DNA of 64,000 nucleotides from IMG/VR virus record IMGVR_UViG_3300032330_001742, positions 1 through 64,000 of that record; one strand, written 5' to 3'. The translations under genes and the position numbers were made by a program. The stretch comes from a virus. Lineage: Duplodnaviria; Caudoviricetes. Shown one piece after another: positions 31,654 to 41,535 of the stretch. Positions within the stretch are counted from its first letter, which is position 1; each line of letters starts with the position of its first letter. Below the pieces are notes generated by a model. The model did no database searches and had not been told where the DNA came from. It saw nothing but the letters and a program-made list of their open reading frames with translations.

Positions 31654-32167
31654 AGTATATAATAATTTTTATACAGAATCTGAATATAAGGACTTTTTAA
31701 ACTATGTAAATAATATAGTTCATAACTCTGGACTTTTTTTTAAAGAAAAAGCATTAGGTAGATACTACGGCGTTATAGAAAACAAGTATATGACCGTTGA
31801 GGCTATTGGATCTTTTCCAGATCATTTAAGAGAAAAGGCAAGATCCTTTGCACAGGATGCCTTTGGAATAAAAGAACTTCATGTCTTTGATATTATTATC
31901 ATTAGATACACGCCAGAAGATGGATTAGTTCCAAATCTTCCAATGCATACAGATAATGGTAACTTAATAAAATACACTTTAGATTTTCAATGTCAGTCTA
32001 ATATAGATTGGCCACTCATTATTGAGGGCACTAAGTTTGACATGAGAGACAATGATATGATAGCATTTAATGGAAGCAAGCAATATCATGGAAGAGAAGA
32101 TAGAGTTTTTAAAGATACTGATTTTTTAGAAAATGTTTTTTTTCAATTTGTAGAAAAGGGAAAATAA
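31637..32167 (+). CDS. 2OG-Fe(II) oxygenase-like protein (array copy 4)
   Basis: LPMHTD...IAFNGSKQYHGRE. Confidence 0.7.
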   Translation: MSQINKVYNNFYTESEYKDFLNYVNNIVHNSGLFFKEKALGRYYGVIENKYMTVEAIGSFPDHLREKARSFAQDAFGIKELHVFDIIIIRYTPEDGLVPNLPMHTDNGNLIKYTLDFQCQSNIDWPLIIEGTKFDMRDNDMIAFNGSKQYHGREDRVFKDTDFLENVFFQFVEKGK

Positions 32168-32469
32168 TGAATAATGAAACAACTATAGATATGGTAAATG
32201 GCTTAGCAGAAATTGCTGAGTATATGGAAGATGAGGAACTTACACAAGCATTAACTTTTATTGCTAAGATAATTATTAAGCCAGATATTCCTTTAAATGT
32301 AGCAACAATTGAAATAGTTAGGTTGCAGGCAATTGCAGCCAAGATGGCATTTAAAGCAACCTGGATGGCAAATGTTGATAAGTCTGACCGTGGCAAAAAA
32401 AATCTATACTATACAGCAGCAGAATCAATCAACAACCTTGTGTCTGCACTAAAGTACATAACACGCTGA
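32167..32469 (+). CDS. Hypothetical helical protein
   Basis: ORF with phage-like codon usage. Confidence 0.6.
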   Translation: MNNETTIDMVNGLAEIAEYMEDEELTQALTFIAKIIIKPDIPLNVATIEIVRLQAIAAKMAFKATWMANVDKSDRGKKNLYYTAAESINNLVSALKYITR

Positions 32470-32506
32470 TCTCTGGTATACTTATAAAAACAGAAAAGAG
32501 TTTAAA

Positions 32507-33304
32507 ATGACAAAAAGTTTATTACAACAAGTTATGGTTAGACCACCTATAAAGGCGGTTGATCCTGTAGACCCAGATGGTCTTGTAAAGGCTATTGAGG
32601 CTGGATATGTAGCATCTAGAGGAACTAAGTTTCAAACAAAGAAAACTTTTGCTCCTTCAACTATTGCATACTCACATGGAGAATGTGCACGATATTGGTT
32701 CCTTGCTTTTAATGGCAATGACTTTGAAGACAGCGCTGATGCATATGGTGTAGCAAATATGACAGCAGGAACTTTGTCTCATGGAAGAATTCAAAAGGCT
32801 ATGAAAGACGCTGGAATTTTAATTGAAGATGAATTTAAAATTACATATGTAGATCCTCCAATCTTTGGGTATGGAGATGTAATGCTTAACTGGCAGGGAG
32901 AAGAACTCCTTGGTGAAATCAAAACTATGATGAGTGAAGCATTTGAATACCGAAAAGCAGCAGGCAGACCAAAGGCTGGTCACCTAATTCAGTTGCTTAT
33001 TTATATGAAGATTCTAAAGAAGAAGAAGGCTGTGTTTATTTATGAAAATAAAAATAATCATGAACTGCTAATTCTTCCTGTAGAAATAAATGATTACTAT
33101 GTTCGGTGGGTAGACCAAGCATTTGATTGGATGAGACGGGTCCGTAAAAGTTGGGAAGATCAAGTTCTTCCAACAAAAAATTATAGATCCAATTCAAAGA
33201 TATGTAAGACATGTCCAGTAAAAAAGGCATGCGACATTGCTGGCGACGGAACTATAAAAATTAGTCCACTGGAGCCACTAGATGAAAAACTGTCAATGGT
33301 GTGA
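32507..33304 (+). CDS. Cas4-like exonuclease
   Basis: N-terminal C; GYGD..GEIKT; HLIQLLIY; C-terminal CKTCPVKKAC. Confidence 0.8.
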   Translation: MTKSLLQQVMVRPPIKAVDPVDPDGLVKAIEAGYVASRGTKFQTKKTFAPSTIAYSHGECARYWFLAFNGNDFEDSADAYGVANMTAGTLSHGRIQKAMKDAGILIEDEFKITYVDPPIFGYGDVMLNWQGEELLGEIKTMMSEAFEYRKAAGRPKAGHLIQLLIYMKILKKKKAVFIYENKNNHELLILPVEINDYYVRWVDQAFDWMRRVRKSWEDQVLPTKNYRSNSKICKTCPVKKACDIAGDGTIKISPLEPLDEKLSMV

Positions 33305-33566
33305 TCACACTTTTAAATCAACAGTAAGTTATCAAATTTATTGTTCGCCTGAATGTAGAGAGTCAGCAACTAAAGAAAAAATTGCTGCTCGATACATTAT
33401 TACTAGACGACAAAAAAGATTGGGTAAAACAAGAAAATGCAAAAACTGCGATAAAGATCTATCTATCTATAATGATGATCCTTTATGTTTTGATTGCAAT
33501 GTAAACCCAAAAGAAGTAATAAAAGCATTAAAAGAAATTAAAGGTTTTACAAATGGTAAAAAATAA
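33282..33566 (+). CDS. Multi-CxxC Zn-finger protein
   Basis: CQWC, YCSPEC, CKNC, CFDC. Confidence 0.65.
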   Translation: MKNCQWCDHTFKSTVSYQIYCSPECRESATKEKIAARYIITRRQKRLGKTRKCKNCDKDLSIYNDDPLCFDCNVNPKEVIKALKEIKGFTNGKK

Positions 33567-34149
33567 ATGGGGATTAGAACTTGCACCACAAACAATATGT
33601 TCTATTGATGCAAGTACTAATAGTCTAGCGTTTGCCTTGTTTGATACTAAGAATAAAACACTTGGCGTTGTTGGCAAAATTAATTTTACTGGAAACGACA
33701 CCTATCAAAAAGTAATGGATGCTGGACAAAAAGTAAAAGCCTTTTTTGATTACTATGGTGGGTTTGAAGCAATAGTGATTGAGCATACAGTTTTTATGAA
33801 TAGTCCTAAAACTGCTGCAGATCTTGCTTTAGTTCAAGGCGCTATCCTTGGCGCAGCAGGACAATCTGGAACAACGGTAATCGGAAAGGTTTCTCCTATT
33901 ACTTGGCAAAACTACATAGGAAATAAAAAGATATCAAAAGATGAACAGTTATTTATTCGTGCTCAACATCCAGGAAAATCTGTATCATGGTATAAACAGT
34001 ACGAAAGAAATTTAAGAAAAGAAAGAACTATTAAGTTTATTAATACTATTTATGATAGAACCATCAATGATAACGATGTTGCAGATGCTTGCGGTATTGG
34101 TCATTGGGCTATGGACAATTGGGGTAAGGCAATTGGAGTTGACAAATAA
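33553..34149 (+). CDS. RuvC-like resolvase
   Basis: SIDAS, IVIE, NDVADACGI. Confidence 0.8.
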   Translation: MVKNKWGLELAPQTICSIDASTNSLAFALFDTKNKTLGVVGKINFTGNDTYQKVMDAGQKVKAFFDYYGGFEAIVIEHTVFMNSPKTAADLALVQGAILGAAGQSGTTVIGKVSPITWQNYIGNKKISKDEQLFIRAQHPGKSVSWYKQYERNLRKERTIKFINTIYDRTINDNDVADACGIGHWAMDNWGKAIGVDK

Positions 34150-34153
34150 AACT

Positions 34154-34309
34154 ATGGCTGCTAAACTATATACATCAGAGATTTTTATGCGTAAGCGTTA
34201 TCTTATGGATAAAAAGACTCCAGAAGAAATTGCAAAGGAGTGTGGGTGCACAGTGGAAACTGTTTATGTTTACCTTGCTAAATTTGGATTAAGGAAATCA
34301 AAAAGATGA
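34154..34309 (+). CDS. Small HTH protein
   Basis: KTPEEIAKECGCTVETVYVYL. Confidence 0.7.
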   Translation: MAAKLYTSEIFMRKRYLMDKKTPEEIAKECGCTVETVYVYLAKFGLRKSKR

Positions 34310-34428
34310 AAAATATTAAAAAGATAGTTGTGGCAATTACTGTATTGGGTGCTCTTGCAACCGCAGCATTTATGTATTTTATGAAAAGCATGCCAAATGT
34401 TTTTGATTGGGATTTAGACGATGAGTGA
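34306..34428 (+). CDS. Small membrane protein (not in track)
   Basis: MKNIKKIVVAITVLGALATAAFMYF..., overlaps both neighbours. Confidence 0.55.
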   Translation: MKNIKKIVVAITVLGALATAAFMYFMKSMPNVFDWDLDDE

Positions 34429-34666
34429 TAACTTACACATTACGGTAGATCAAGTAAATCATCCACTACACTACATCTCTGATCCATCTGGCGTAGAGTG
34501 TATTCAGATAACAAGGCACCGTAATTTTAATATTGGAAATGCTTTTAAGTATTTATGGAGGGCTGGACTAAAAGATGAGACAAAAACTATTCAAGATTTA
34601 GAGAAGGCTATTTTTTATATTCAAGACGAGATTAAACGGTTGTCTGGTTTGCATGACACAAAATAA
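34421..34666 (+). CDS. DUF3310 (T7 gp1.7/SaV-like) protein
   Basis: DQVNHPLHY, GNAFKYLWRAG, DLEKAIFY. Confidence 0.85.
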   Translation: MSDNLHITVDQVNHPLHYISDPSGVECIQITRHRNFNIGNAFKYLWRAGLKDETKTIQDLEKAIFYIQDEIKRLSGLHDTK

Positions 34667-35432
34667 TGACCTAGTAAAATGGGGCAAAGTAGATAATCCA
34701 TTTGAAACAAAATTTTTTCCATTAAGTATGGAACATCACATGGACTCTCAAATTGATAATGTGTTAAACTCTTATAATTACAGGTGTGATGAATTTAAAA
34801 ATAATCATACTGGACTACATATTCTTTTTAGTGGATGTTCGGTTACATACGGAGAAGCATTATTAAAAGAAGAAGTATGGAGTAAAAAACTTTATAATAA
34901 GATAAGCAATGATAAAGAAGTATCTGGGTACTATAATCTTGCTATTCGAGGATTTTCAACATATGAAATAGTTATTAATGTGTTTAAATATATTAATAAA
35001 TTTGGCAAACCAGATTTTATTTTCTTAAATATTCCAACTGATAGTAGGTTTTATTCATATGATTCATCAAATAAATATTTTACATATGCAAACTTAGATA
35101 CTGATTCAGATAACAAAGATCTATACCACACGATGCCACTGCTATCTTTTCATTATTTATTAATGCTTGAAATGTATTGTAAATCAAATAATATAAAGTT
35201 GAATTGTTTTTCATGGTATTCAGGAGTTGAATATGGCAAAGAGGACATTGAGTCATTTATAAAAATAAAAGATGATGATCTTACAGAATTAATTTTTGAG
35301 TACCAAAAAAATAATAAAGATGATAAAAATGCACTAAAAGCAAGGGATAATAAGCATCAAGGCACAGCATTTCATGATGCTTGGTCCAAGATCATGTATA
35401 ATAAGTATCTAGAGGATATAGGTGTATCATGA
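34653..35432 (+). CDS. SGNH/GDSL-like protein
   Basis: LFSGCSVTYG, YNLA..G, C-terminal DNKH. Confidence 0.55.
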   Translation: MTQNNDLVKWGKVDNPFETKFFPLSMEHHMDSQIDNVLNSYNYRCDEFKNNHTGLHILFSGCSVTYGEALLKEEVWSKKLYNKISNDKEVSGYYNLAIRGFSTYEIVINVFKYINKFGKPDFIFLNIPTDSRFYSYDSSNKYFTYANLDTDSDNKDLYHTMPLLSFHYLLMLEMYCKSNNIKLNCFSWYSGVEYGKEDIESFIKIKDDDLTELIFEYQKNNKDDKNALKARDNKHQGTAFHDAWSKIMYNKYLEDIGVS

Positions 35433-35962
35433 GTACTGAAGAAGAACTAGTAAAGCATTTAGATCAAGTAAACCTTGTCGTAGAGGAATACTTAAAGGGC
35501 AATGACCCAACAGTTATTTCAAAGCAACTAGATATTCCAAGACAAAGAGTTGTAACACTTATTAATGAGTGGAAGGTTATGGCTTCTGCTAATGATGCAA
35601 TCAGAGCACGTGCAAAAGAAGCACTCGCTGCTGCTGATACACACTACAGTAAACTTGTAGCAAGAACTTACGAAGTTATTGATGAGGCTTCAATGACCAA
35701 TAATTTGAGTGCTAAGACGCAGGCAATTAAATTAGTAATGGATATTGAATCTAAAAGAATTGATATGCTTCAAAAGGCTGGACTGCTTGAAAATAAAGAG
35801 TTAGCAGAAGAAATGATGCAGATTGAAAAAAGACAAGAAGTGTTGATGATAATTCTTAAAGATATTGCATCACAATACCCAGAGGTTCGTGATGAAATTA
35901 TGAAGAGACTTTCCTCTATTGCTAAAGAAGATGAAGCGGTTACAATAATTCATGGCGTATGA
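35429..35962 (+). CDS. Putative terminase small subunit
   Basis: N-terminal HTH plus helices, overlaps terL start. Confidence 0.6.
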   Translation: MSTEEELVKHLDQVNLVVEEYLKGNDPTVISKQLDIPRQRVVTLINEWKVMASANDAIRARAKEALAAADTHYSKLVARTYEVIDEASMTNNLSAKTQAIKLVMDIESKRIDMLQKAGLLENKELAEEMMQIEKRQEVLMIILKDIASQYPEVRDEIMKRLSSIAKEDEAVTIIHGV

Positions 35963-37724
35963 TGAGTTTTTAGAAGCACTTCAAGATAACCCATTTGAAG
36001 AAATTCCCGTAGATGCAAAGACATTTATCGAGGGTGAAAAGTTCTTAAATCAGCCAGGACTATCCGCTATTCAATATGACATCGTAGAGGCAATGAGCCA
36101 AATATACAAAAAACCAGAACTACAACAAATATTTGGAGAAGAAGAAGGCGCAAGGTATTTTGAAAAATATACTAAAAATGAAATTATTCTTCAATTGGGC
36201 AAGGGTAGTGGTAAAGATTTTACATCTACAGTTGCATGTGCATACATTGTATATAAACTTTTGTGCCTTAAAGATCCAGCAAGATATTTTGGTAAACCAA
36301 GTGGAGATGCAATAGATTTAATTAACGTTGCTATCAACGCACAGCAGGCAAAAAATGTTTTCTTTAAAGGATTTAAAACAAAGATTGAAAAATCACCATG
36401 GTTTGCTGGAAAGTATAATGCAAAGGCAGACTCAATTGAGTTTGACAAATCTATTACAGTTTACTCTGGTCACTCAGAGCGTGAATCCCATGAGGGATTG
36501 AACCTGCTTCTTGCTGTTCTTGATGAGATCTCTGGATTTGCAACTGAAATTGGAAGCGGTAATGATCAAGGAAAAACTGCTGATAACATTTATAAAGCAT
36601 TCCGTGCATCAGTAGATTCTCGTTTCCCAGATCTAGGTAAGGTAGTTCTTCTTTCATTTCCTCGTTTTCAAGGAGATTTTATTTCTCAAAAGTATGACGA
36701 TGTAGTAGTTGAAAAAGATATTATAGATAAACAACACACCTTTATTATTAACCCACTCTTACCTGATGATGACAAAGATAATCAGTTGCATATTGAGTGG
36801 ACAGAAGAGCACGTAAGGTCCTATAAATACCCAGGAGTATTTGCATTAAAGCGACCTACCTGGGATGTAAACCCAACAAGAAAAATTGATGATTTTAAGA
36901 TTGCATTTCTTACAGATCTTGGAGATGCAATGCAAAGATTTGCTTGTGTACCAACCTATGCTTCCGATGCATTCTTTAAGCAGGCAGATAAAGTAAGAGC
37001 CTGTATGAGTATTAGAAATCCTATAGATAGTTTTAAAAGGTTTGATGAAAACTTTAAACCAGATCCTGACAAAGTATATTATGTTCACGCAGACCTTGCA
37101 CAAAAACACGATAAGTGTGCAGTTGCAATCGCCCACGTAGATAAATGGGTAAATGTACAGGTTATTAATAACTACGAACAGGTTGCTCCAATAGTAGTCG
37201 TTGACGCTGTTGTTTATTGGGAACCTAAAGTAGAAGGGCCAGTTAACCTTTCAGAAGTAAAGCAGTGGATTCAAAATCTTAGAAGGCTTGGTTTTAATAT
37301 AGGTATGGTTACTTTTGATAGATGGCAATCTTTTGATATCCAAAATGAACTAAAGCAGGTTGGAATGAGAACTGATACTGTTTCTGTTGCTAAAAAACAT
37401 TATGAAGATATGGCTATGCTAGTGTATGAAGAAAGACTCGCTATGCCTACAATTGAACTATTATTTGATGAACTTACTGAACTTCGAATAATGAAAAATG
37501 ATAGAGTTGACCACCCTCGCAAAAAGTCAAAAGACTTGGCTGATGCTGTGTGTGGGGCAATATTTGGGGCTATATCATATACTCCAAAAGATCTCAACCA
37601 AGAAATTGAGATTCACACATTCAGGGATAGGCCTAAAGTTGACACCTATTCCCAGGACGTGATACAATATAAACCTATGCCAGATGATGTAAAAGATTAT
37701 TTGGATAGATTCAATCTACTATAA
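35952..37724 (+). CDS. terL: Terminase large subunit
   Basis: LGKGSGKD Walker A, AVLDE Walker B, HADLA nuclease Asp, KDLADA. Confidence 0.9.
   Translation: MAYDEFLEALQDNPFEEIPVDAKTFIEGEKFLNQPGLSAIQYDIVEAMSQIYKKPELQQIFGEEEGARYFEKYTKNEIILQLGKGSGKDFTSTVACAYIVYKLLCLKDPARYFGKPSGDAIDLINVAINAQQAKNVFFKGFKTKIEKSPWFAGKYNAKADSIEFDKSITVYSGHSERESHEGLNLLLAVLDEISGFATEIGSGNDQGKTADNIYKAFRASVDSRFPDLGKVVLLSFPRFQGDFISQKYDDVVVEKDIIDKQHTFIINPLLPDDDKDNQLHIEWTEEHVRSYKYPGVFALKRPTWDVNPTRKIDDFKIAFLTDLGDAMQRFACVPTYASDAFFKQADKVRACMSIRNPIDSFKRFDENFKPDPDKVYYVHADLAQKHDKCAVAIAHVDKWVNVQVINNYEQVAPIVVVDAVVYWEPKVEGPVNLSEVKQWIQNLRRLGFNIGMVTFDRWQSFDIQNELKQVGMRTDTVSVAKKHYEDMAMLVYEERLAMPTIELLFDELTELRIMKNDRVDHPRKKSKDLADAVCGAIFGAISYTPKDLNQEIEIHTFRDRPKVDTYSQDVIQYKPMPDDVKDYLDRFNLL
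37639..37668 (+). promoter_or_regulatory. Promoter in the terL 3' end
   Basis: TTGACA-18 nt-TACAAT with extended TG. Confidence 0.6.
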
Positions 37725-37740
37725 AGAAAAGGAAATACGA

Positions 37741-38793
37741 ATGAATTCATTTAAGAAAATTGCTCTAGGTATGGTTGCAGCCATTACTTTGGGCACACTT
37801 GTTGCAACACCTGCAAGTGCTGCTACGACAACCCTTACGGTTGGCGGATCATCACCTGCGACTGCTGGTACAACAGCAGCAACTGCAATTGCACTTCCAG
37901 TTCCTGCAGATAACTCTGTAGATTCTGCAGATGCCCTTAAGATTGCACTTACTGGACTTGATACAGGAACTGTTGTTTCTGCTTCAGTAACAAACGGTAA
38001 GATTGTAACTGCTCTTGCTACATCAGTAGCACCAGTTACAGCATCTGCTGGATCAACTTCCGCATCAGTTTCAACTGGTACAGGAACAACAGCAGACTTT
38101 TACATTTTCACAACAACAACTGCAGCAGGATCTGTTGCTGTAACAATTGGTGGAAATGTAACAACATACTATTTTGCTGGTACAGCAGGAGCACTTAATA
38201 CAATTGCTCTTGAAGCAGCAACATCAGGCGCTGCTGGTACAACATACACAGCAACAGTTCGTGGCTACGACGTATTTGGAAATGCTAAGGGCAACGCTTC
38301 AGTTAGCCTTCAGTATATTACTCCATCTGCATCAACAACATACTCACTTGCAACTGATACAGCAACAGCAACACTTGGTTCAAAGACACAAGATGTTACA
38401 TTGCCTGCATCAGGTTCAGTAACTCTTGTTGCAACAGCAACAGTAGCAACTGCAGTAACTGGTCTTACAGCACCACTTGGTGTAATTGTAAAGACAGCAA
38501 CAGTTCGTGATCTTGCATCAGAACTTGCAGCAGTTCAGTCACAATTGGCTATTGCTAATGCACAACTTGCAGCAGAAAAGGCTGGTCGTGCAAATGATTC
38601 AGCAACTGCAGCATCTGCTCTAGCAGCAGCAAATGCAGCAACTGCAAAGGCTAATGCTGATGCAGCAACAGCAAAGATTGCAGCAACTGTTGCTGCTGAT
38701 CTTGCTAAGGCTACTTATATTGCAGAGTACAATGCTCTTGCTACAAAGTGGAACAAGGCTCATCCAAAGGCTAAGGTTGCACTAAAGAAGTAA
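37741..38793 (+). CDS. Secreted Ala/Thr-rich surface (S-layer-like) protein
   Basis: Signal peptide ending PASA, Ig-like beta region (DVFGN), C-terminal coiled coil. Confidence 0.6.
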   Translation: MNSFKKIALGMVAAITLGTLVATPASAATTTLTVGGSSPATAGTTAATAIALPVPADNSVDSADALKIALTGLDTGTVVSASVTNGKIVTALATSVAPVTASAGSTSASVSTGTGTTADFYIFTTTTAAGSVAVTIGGNVTTYYFAGTAGALNTIALEAATSGAAGTTYTATVRGYDVFGNAKGNASVSLQYITPSASTTYSLATDTATATLGSKTQDVTLPASGSVTLVATATVATAVTGLTAPLGVIVKTATVRDLASELAAVQSQLAIANAQLAAEKAGRANDSATAASALAAANAATAKANADAATAKIAATVAADLAKATYIAEYNALATKWNKAHPKAKVALKK

Positions 38794-38808
38794 CTTAATC
38801 CAACAACT

Positions 38809-38841
38809 AAGAGGGTTAGCCAAGTGTTAGCCCTCTTTTTT
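38809..38841 (+). terminator. Intrinsic terminator
   Basis: AAGAGGGTTAGC-caagt-GTTAGCCCTCTT followed by a T run. Confidence 0.85.
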
Positions 38842-38900
38842 GTGTAATAAAATGGTATAATTATCCTAACAGACATTGTCTGTCTAAGGGGGAAGGACTA

Positions 38901-41366
38901 ATTAGATCATTACTCATCAAAACAAGCCTAATCGGATTACTGCTAACTTTATGGATGATTTTTTCTCCAGCAGATACCGCACATGCCGATGAGACTACAG
39001 TACAGATCAGTCCTTCTCCCAACCCAACATCAGACACAGCAACAGTTACATCAGTAACTATAGCCACTGTAGAGGCTAAAGTAGAGGCAGCAATATCAAC
39101 ACTTAGCACAGAGGCTCAGGCACAGTCTACAGCCATAATAAATACTGTAGTAGCAAATAATACAACAGTAGATACCCAGACAGCAGTTCAGATAGCCACT
39201 ACAACAGAGCCATTGGCAACTGCTATTTCTGAGGCATCTGTCAAGGTAGCGGAGGCCCAGTCAGCAATTAGCACAGCACAAACAGCAATTCAAGTAGCAG
39301 AAACAGCACAGGTAGCGGTTGAATCTCAGACCGCAGTGGTTGCTCAAGCCACAACAAATTTAAATAATGCACAGGCTGCATTGGATACGGTTACTCAGCA
39401 GGTAGAATCTCAGACTGTCAAAGTTGCAGATGATACTGCACAGGTAGCCGAAGCACAATCATCTGTTGAATCTTCGACTATTCAAACAGTAACAAATGGA
39501 GTAACGCAAACAGTTTACTATGCAACTGGCGGAGGCTCTCCTCAAATAGCCAATCAAACACCTATATCAGTAACTACCGTTCCCAATATTGCAGCACAGT
39601 GGGGTAGTGGATCAGTAGCAGGAGGACCAGCGGATCATGTTATTGTTAAATATGAGGGAACCATTACAGTTCCTAATGAAGCCGTTGCAGTTAAATATGC
39701 TATTGCATCAGATGATGGTGCAAAAATGTATATTGATGGACAACTTGCAATTAGTAACTGGAGAGATCAGGGAACTGCATGGAGCCAGTACTCACCAACA
39801 TATGATGTCACAACAGATAAACAACAAGATTTTGTTATTTGGTATTATGAAAATGGTGGAGGTGCAGCCTGTATTTTAGGGTGGGCAATATTTAGAGCAG
39901 ATGGTACTGGATATTTTACAACTCCACAAGCAAGTGCATTTGGTACAGTAACTACTGTAACTGATCCAGCATCATTAGCAGCATTAAATGCAGCACAATC
40001 TAATTTAACATCTGATACAGCAGTATTAAATACACTACAGGTAGAAAAAATAAATGCTGAGGCTGTTGTTGTAGATAAGACAGAAATTAAAACAGAGGAA
40101 GTTGCAACACTGAATCAACTAACAGAAACTGCTACAGCAACAGTTCAGGCAGCAGACTCTCTTGCAAATACTGCTACTACTAAGGTAAATGAAGCAGTAT
40201 CTGCAATGACAAATGCTGCTCAAGTTACAACAAATTATTATGCAGAACAACAAAGAATTGCAGCAGAAAATGCACGAATTGCTGCAGAGTTAGCAGCAGC
40301 CCAAGCAGCACAAGAGGCTGCAGCAGCAGAAGCAAGAGCAGCAAGAGCAGCAGAGTTAGCAGCACAGGCTGAAGCAAATAGAATTGCAGCAGAAGCAGCC
40401 ATTGCTGCACAGATTGCTGCACAGGAAAAAGCAGCAGCAGAAGCCAAGGCTGCAGAAGAAGCAAAGATCGCTGCAGAGCAAGCAGCAAAAGAAGCAGAGG
40501 CTGCAAAGGCTAAGGCAGAAGAGGATGCAAGAATTCAAGCAGAAAAAGATGCACAGGCCAAGGCAGATGCTGAAAAAGCAGAAGCAGATAAGTTAAAGGC
40601 TGAAGAAGAAGCCAAAGCCAAAGCAGAGGCAGATGCAAAATTAGAGGCCGAAAAGAAAGCAAATGAAGAAGCAATAGCAAAGGCAGAGGCTGAAAAGAAG
40701 GCCCAAGAAGAAGCAAATGCCAAGGCAGAAGCAGATAAGCAAGCACAGATTGCTAAAGATAAGGCAGCAGAAGAACAAAAAATTGCAGCAGAGCAAAAGG
40801 CTAAAGAAGCAGAGCAAGCAGCAAAAGATAAAGCCATAGAAGATGCCAAGAAGGCTACTGAGTCTGGAAAAGAATTAAGTAAAGAGGAAAAGGTTGCAGT
40901 TGTTTCAGCACTTGTTGAAAACCTTAAACCAGGTGAATCAGTCTCAGCAGCAGACATAAAATCTTCAGGTGTTGAATTTAAAGATCTTCCACCATCAACA
41001 CCAGTTGAAATGAGAACATCTGAGTCAGGTGAAGTACTTGTTATAACAGCAGAAGTTGCTGCAAATGTAGCATTAGTACAAGATCCAGGTGCACTTTTAC
41101 AAGCAGCATTTACAGATCCAGGTGCAGCACTTCAGGCACTTGGAAGTATTGGAGCAGATATGACTCCAGGAGAAAGAGAAGAAGCAACCAAGATGGTTGT
41201 GGCAACAGTTATTGCTTCAGGTGCTGCCTTAAATGCAGTAGGTGCAGCAGCAGGGTCCACTGGAGGACCAGCAGGAGGATCACGCTCAGGCGGTGGTAAT
41301 TCTGGCGGGTCAGGTGGAGGAGGAGCCTCTGGCGATTCCAAGGGAATAAGGAGAAGAAGACCATGA
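38901..41366 (+). CDS. Secreted/membrane-anchored PA14-domain protein with long Ala/Glu/Lys coiled coil; probable ATT start (first ATG 38955)
   Basis: SDDGAKMYIDG and WYYENGGGA PA14 motifs; signal peptide complete only from 38901; C-terminal hydrophobic segment, Gly tail, RRRR. Confidence 0.7.
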   Translation: MRSLLIKTSLIGLLLTLWMIFSPADTAHADETTVQISPSPNPTSDTATVTSVTIATVEAKVEAAISTLSTEAQAQSTAIINTVVANNTTVDTQTAVQIATTTEPLATAISEASVKVAEAQSAISTAQTAIQVAETAQVAVESQTAVVAQATTNLNNAQAALDTVTQQVESQTVKVADDTAQVAEAQSSVESSTIQTVTNGVTQTVYYATGGGSPQIANQTPISVTTVPNIAAQWGSGSVAGGPADHVIVKYEGTITVPNEAVAVKYAIASDDGAKMYIDGQLAISNWRDQGTAWSQYSPTYDVTTDKQQDFVIWYYENGGGAACILGWAIFRADGTGYFTTPQASAFGTVTTVTDPASLAALNAAQSNLTSDTAVLNTLQVEKINAEAVVVDKTEIKTEEVATLNQLTETATATVQAADSLANTATTKVNEAVSAMTNAAQVTTNYYAEQQRIAAENARIAAELAAAQAAQEAAAAEARAARAAELAAQAEANRIAAEAAIAAQIAAQEKAAAEAKAAEEAKIAAEQAAKEAEAAKAKAEEDARIQAEKDAQAKADAEKAEADKLKAEEEAKAKAEADAKLEAEKKANEEAIAKAEAEKKAQEEANAKAEADKQAQIAKDKAAEEQKIAAEQKAKEAEQAAKDKAIEDAKKATESGKELSKEEKVAVVSALVENLKPGESVSAADIKSSGVEFKDLPPSTPVEMRTSESGEVLVITAEVAANVALVQDPGALLQAAFTDPGAALQALGSIGADMTPGEREEATKMVVATVIASGAALNAVGAAAGSTGGPAGGSRSGGGNSGGSGGGGASGDSKGIRRRRP

Positions 41367-41533
41367 TAAAGAAAATACTACAAGATATGATTGATCAACT
41401 TTGGACACTTTTAGGTATGTTTATTGCCTGGGTTGTCCTTGATGGTTCTGCAAAAACAGTTGTTGGTTATGCAATTATATGTACATTAATTGCATGGGCA
41501 GTAACATACCCAATTAGAAATAGAGAGGAGTAA
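41363..41533 (+). CDS. Small two-TM membrane protein (not in track)
   Basis: MIKKILQDMIDQLWTLLGMFIAWVVLDG..., ATGA overlap. Confidence 0.7.
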   Translation: MIKKILQDMIDQLWTLLGMFIAWVVLDGSAKTVVGYAIICTLIAWAVTYPIRNREE

Positions 41534-41535
41534 TT

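Noticed and set aside
32507-33304. CRISPR-Cas system suggested by the Cas4-like gene
   Set aside because: No array or other cas genes; solo Cas4-like nucleases are common in phages.
21480-37724. Inteins or introns in DnaB, DnaE, RecA or TerL
   Set aside because: Lengths are ordinary, ORFs are continuous and no splicing motifs were seen.
40225-40957. Several antisense ORFs and repeat-like DNA
   Set aside because: Shadows of the low-complexity A/E/K coiled coil; no fixed repeat-spacer period, so not CRISPR.
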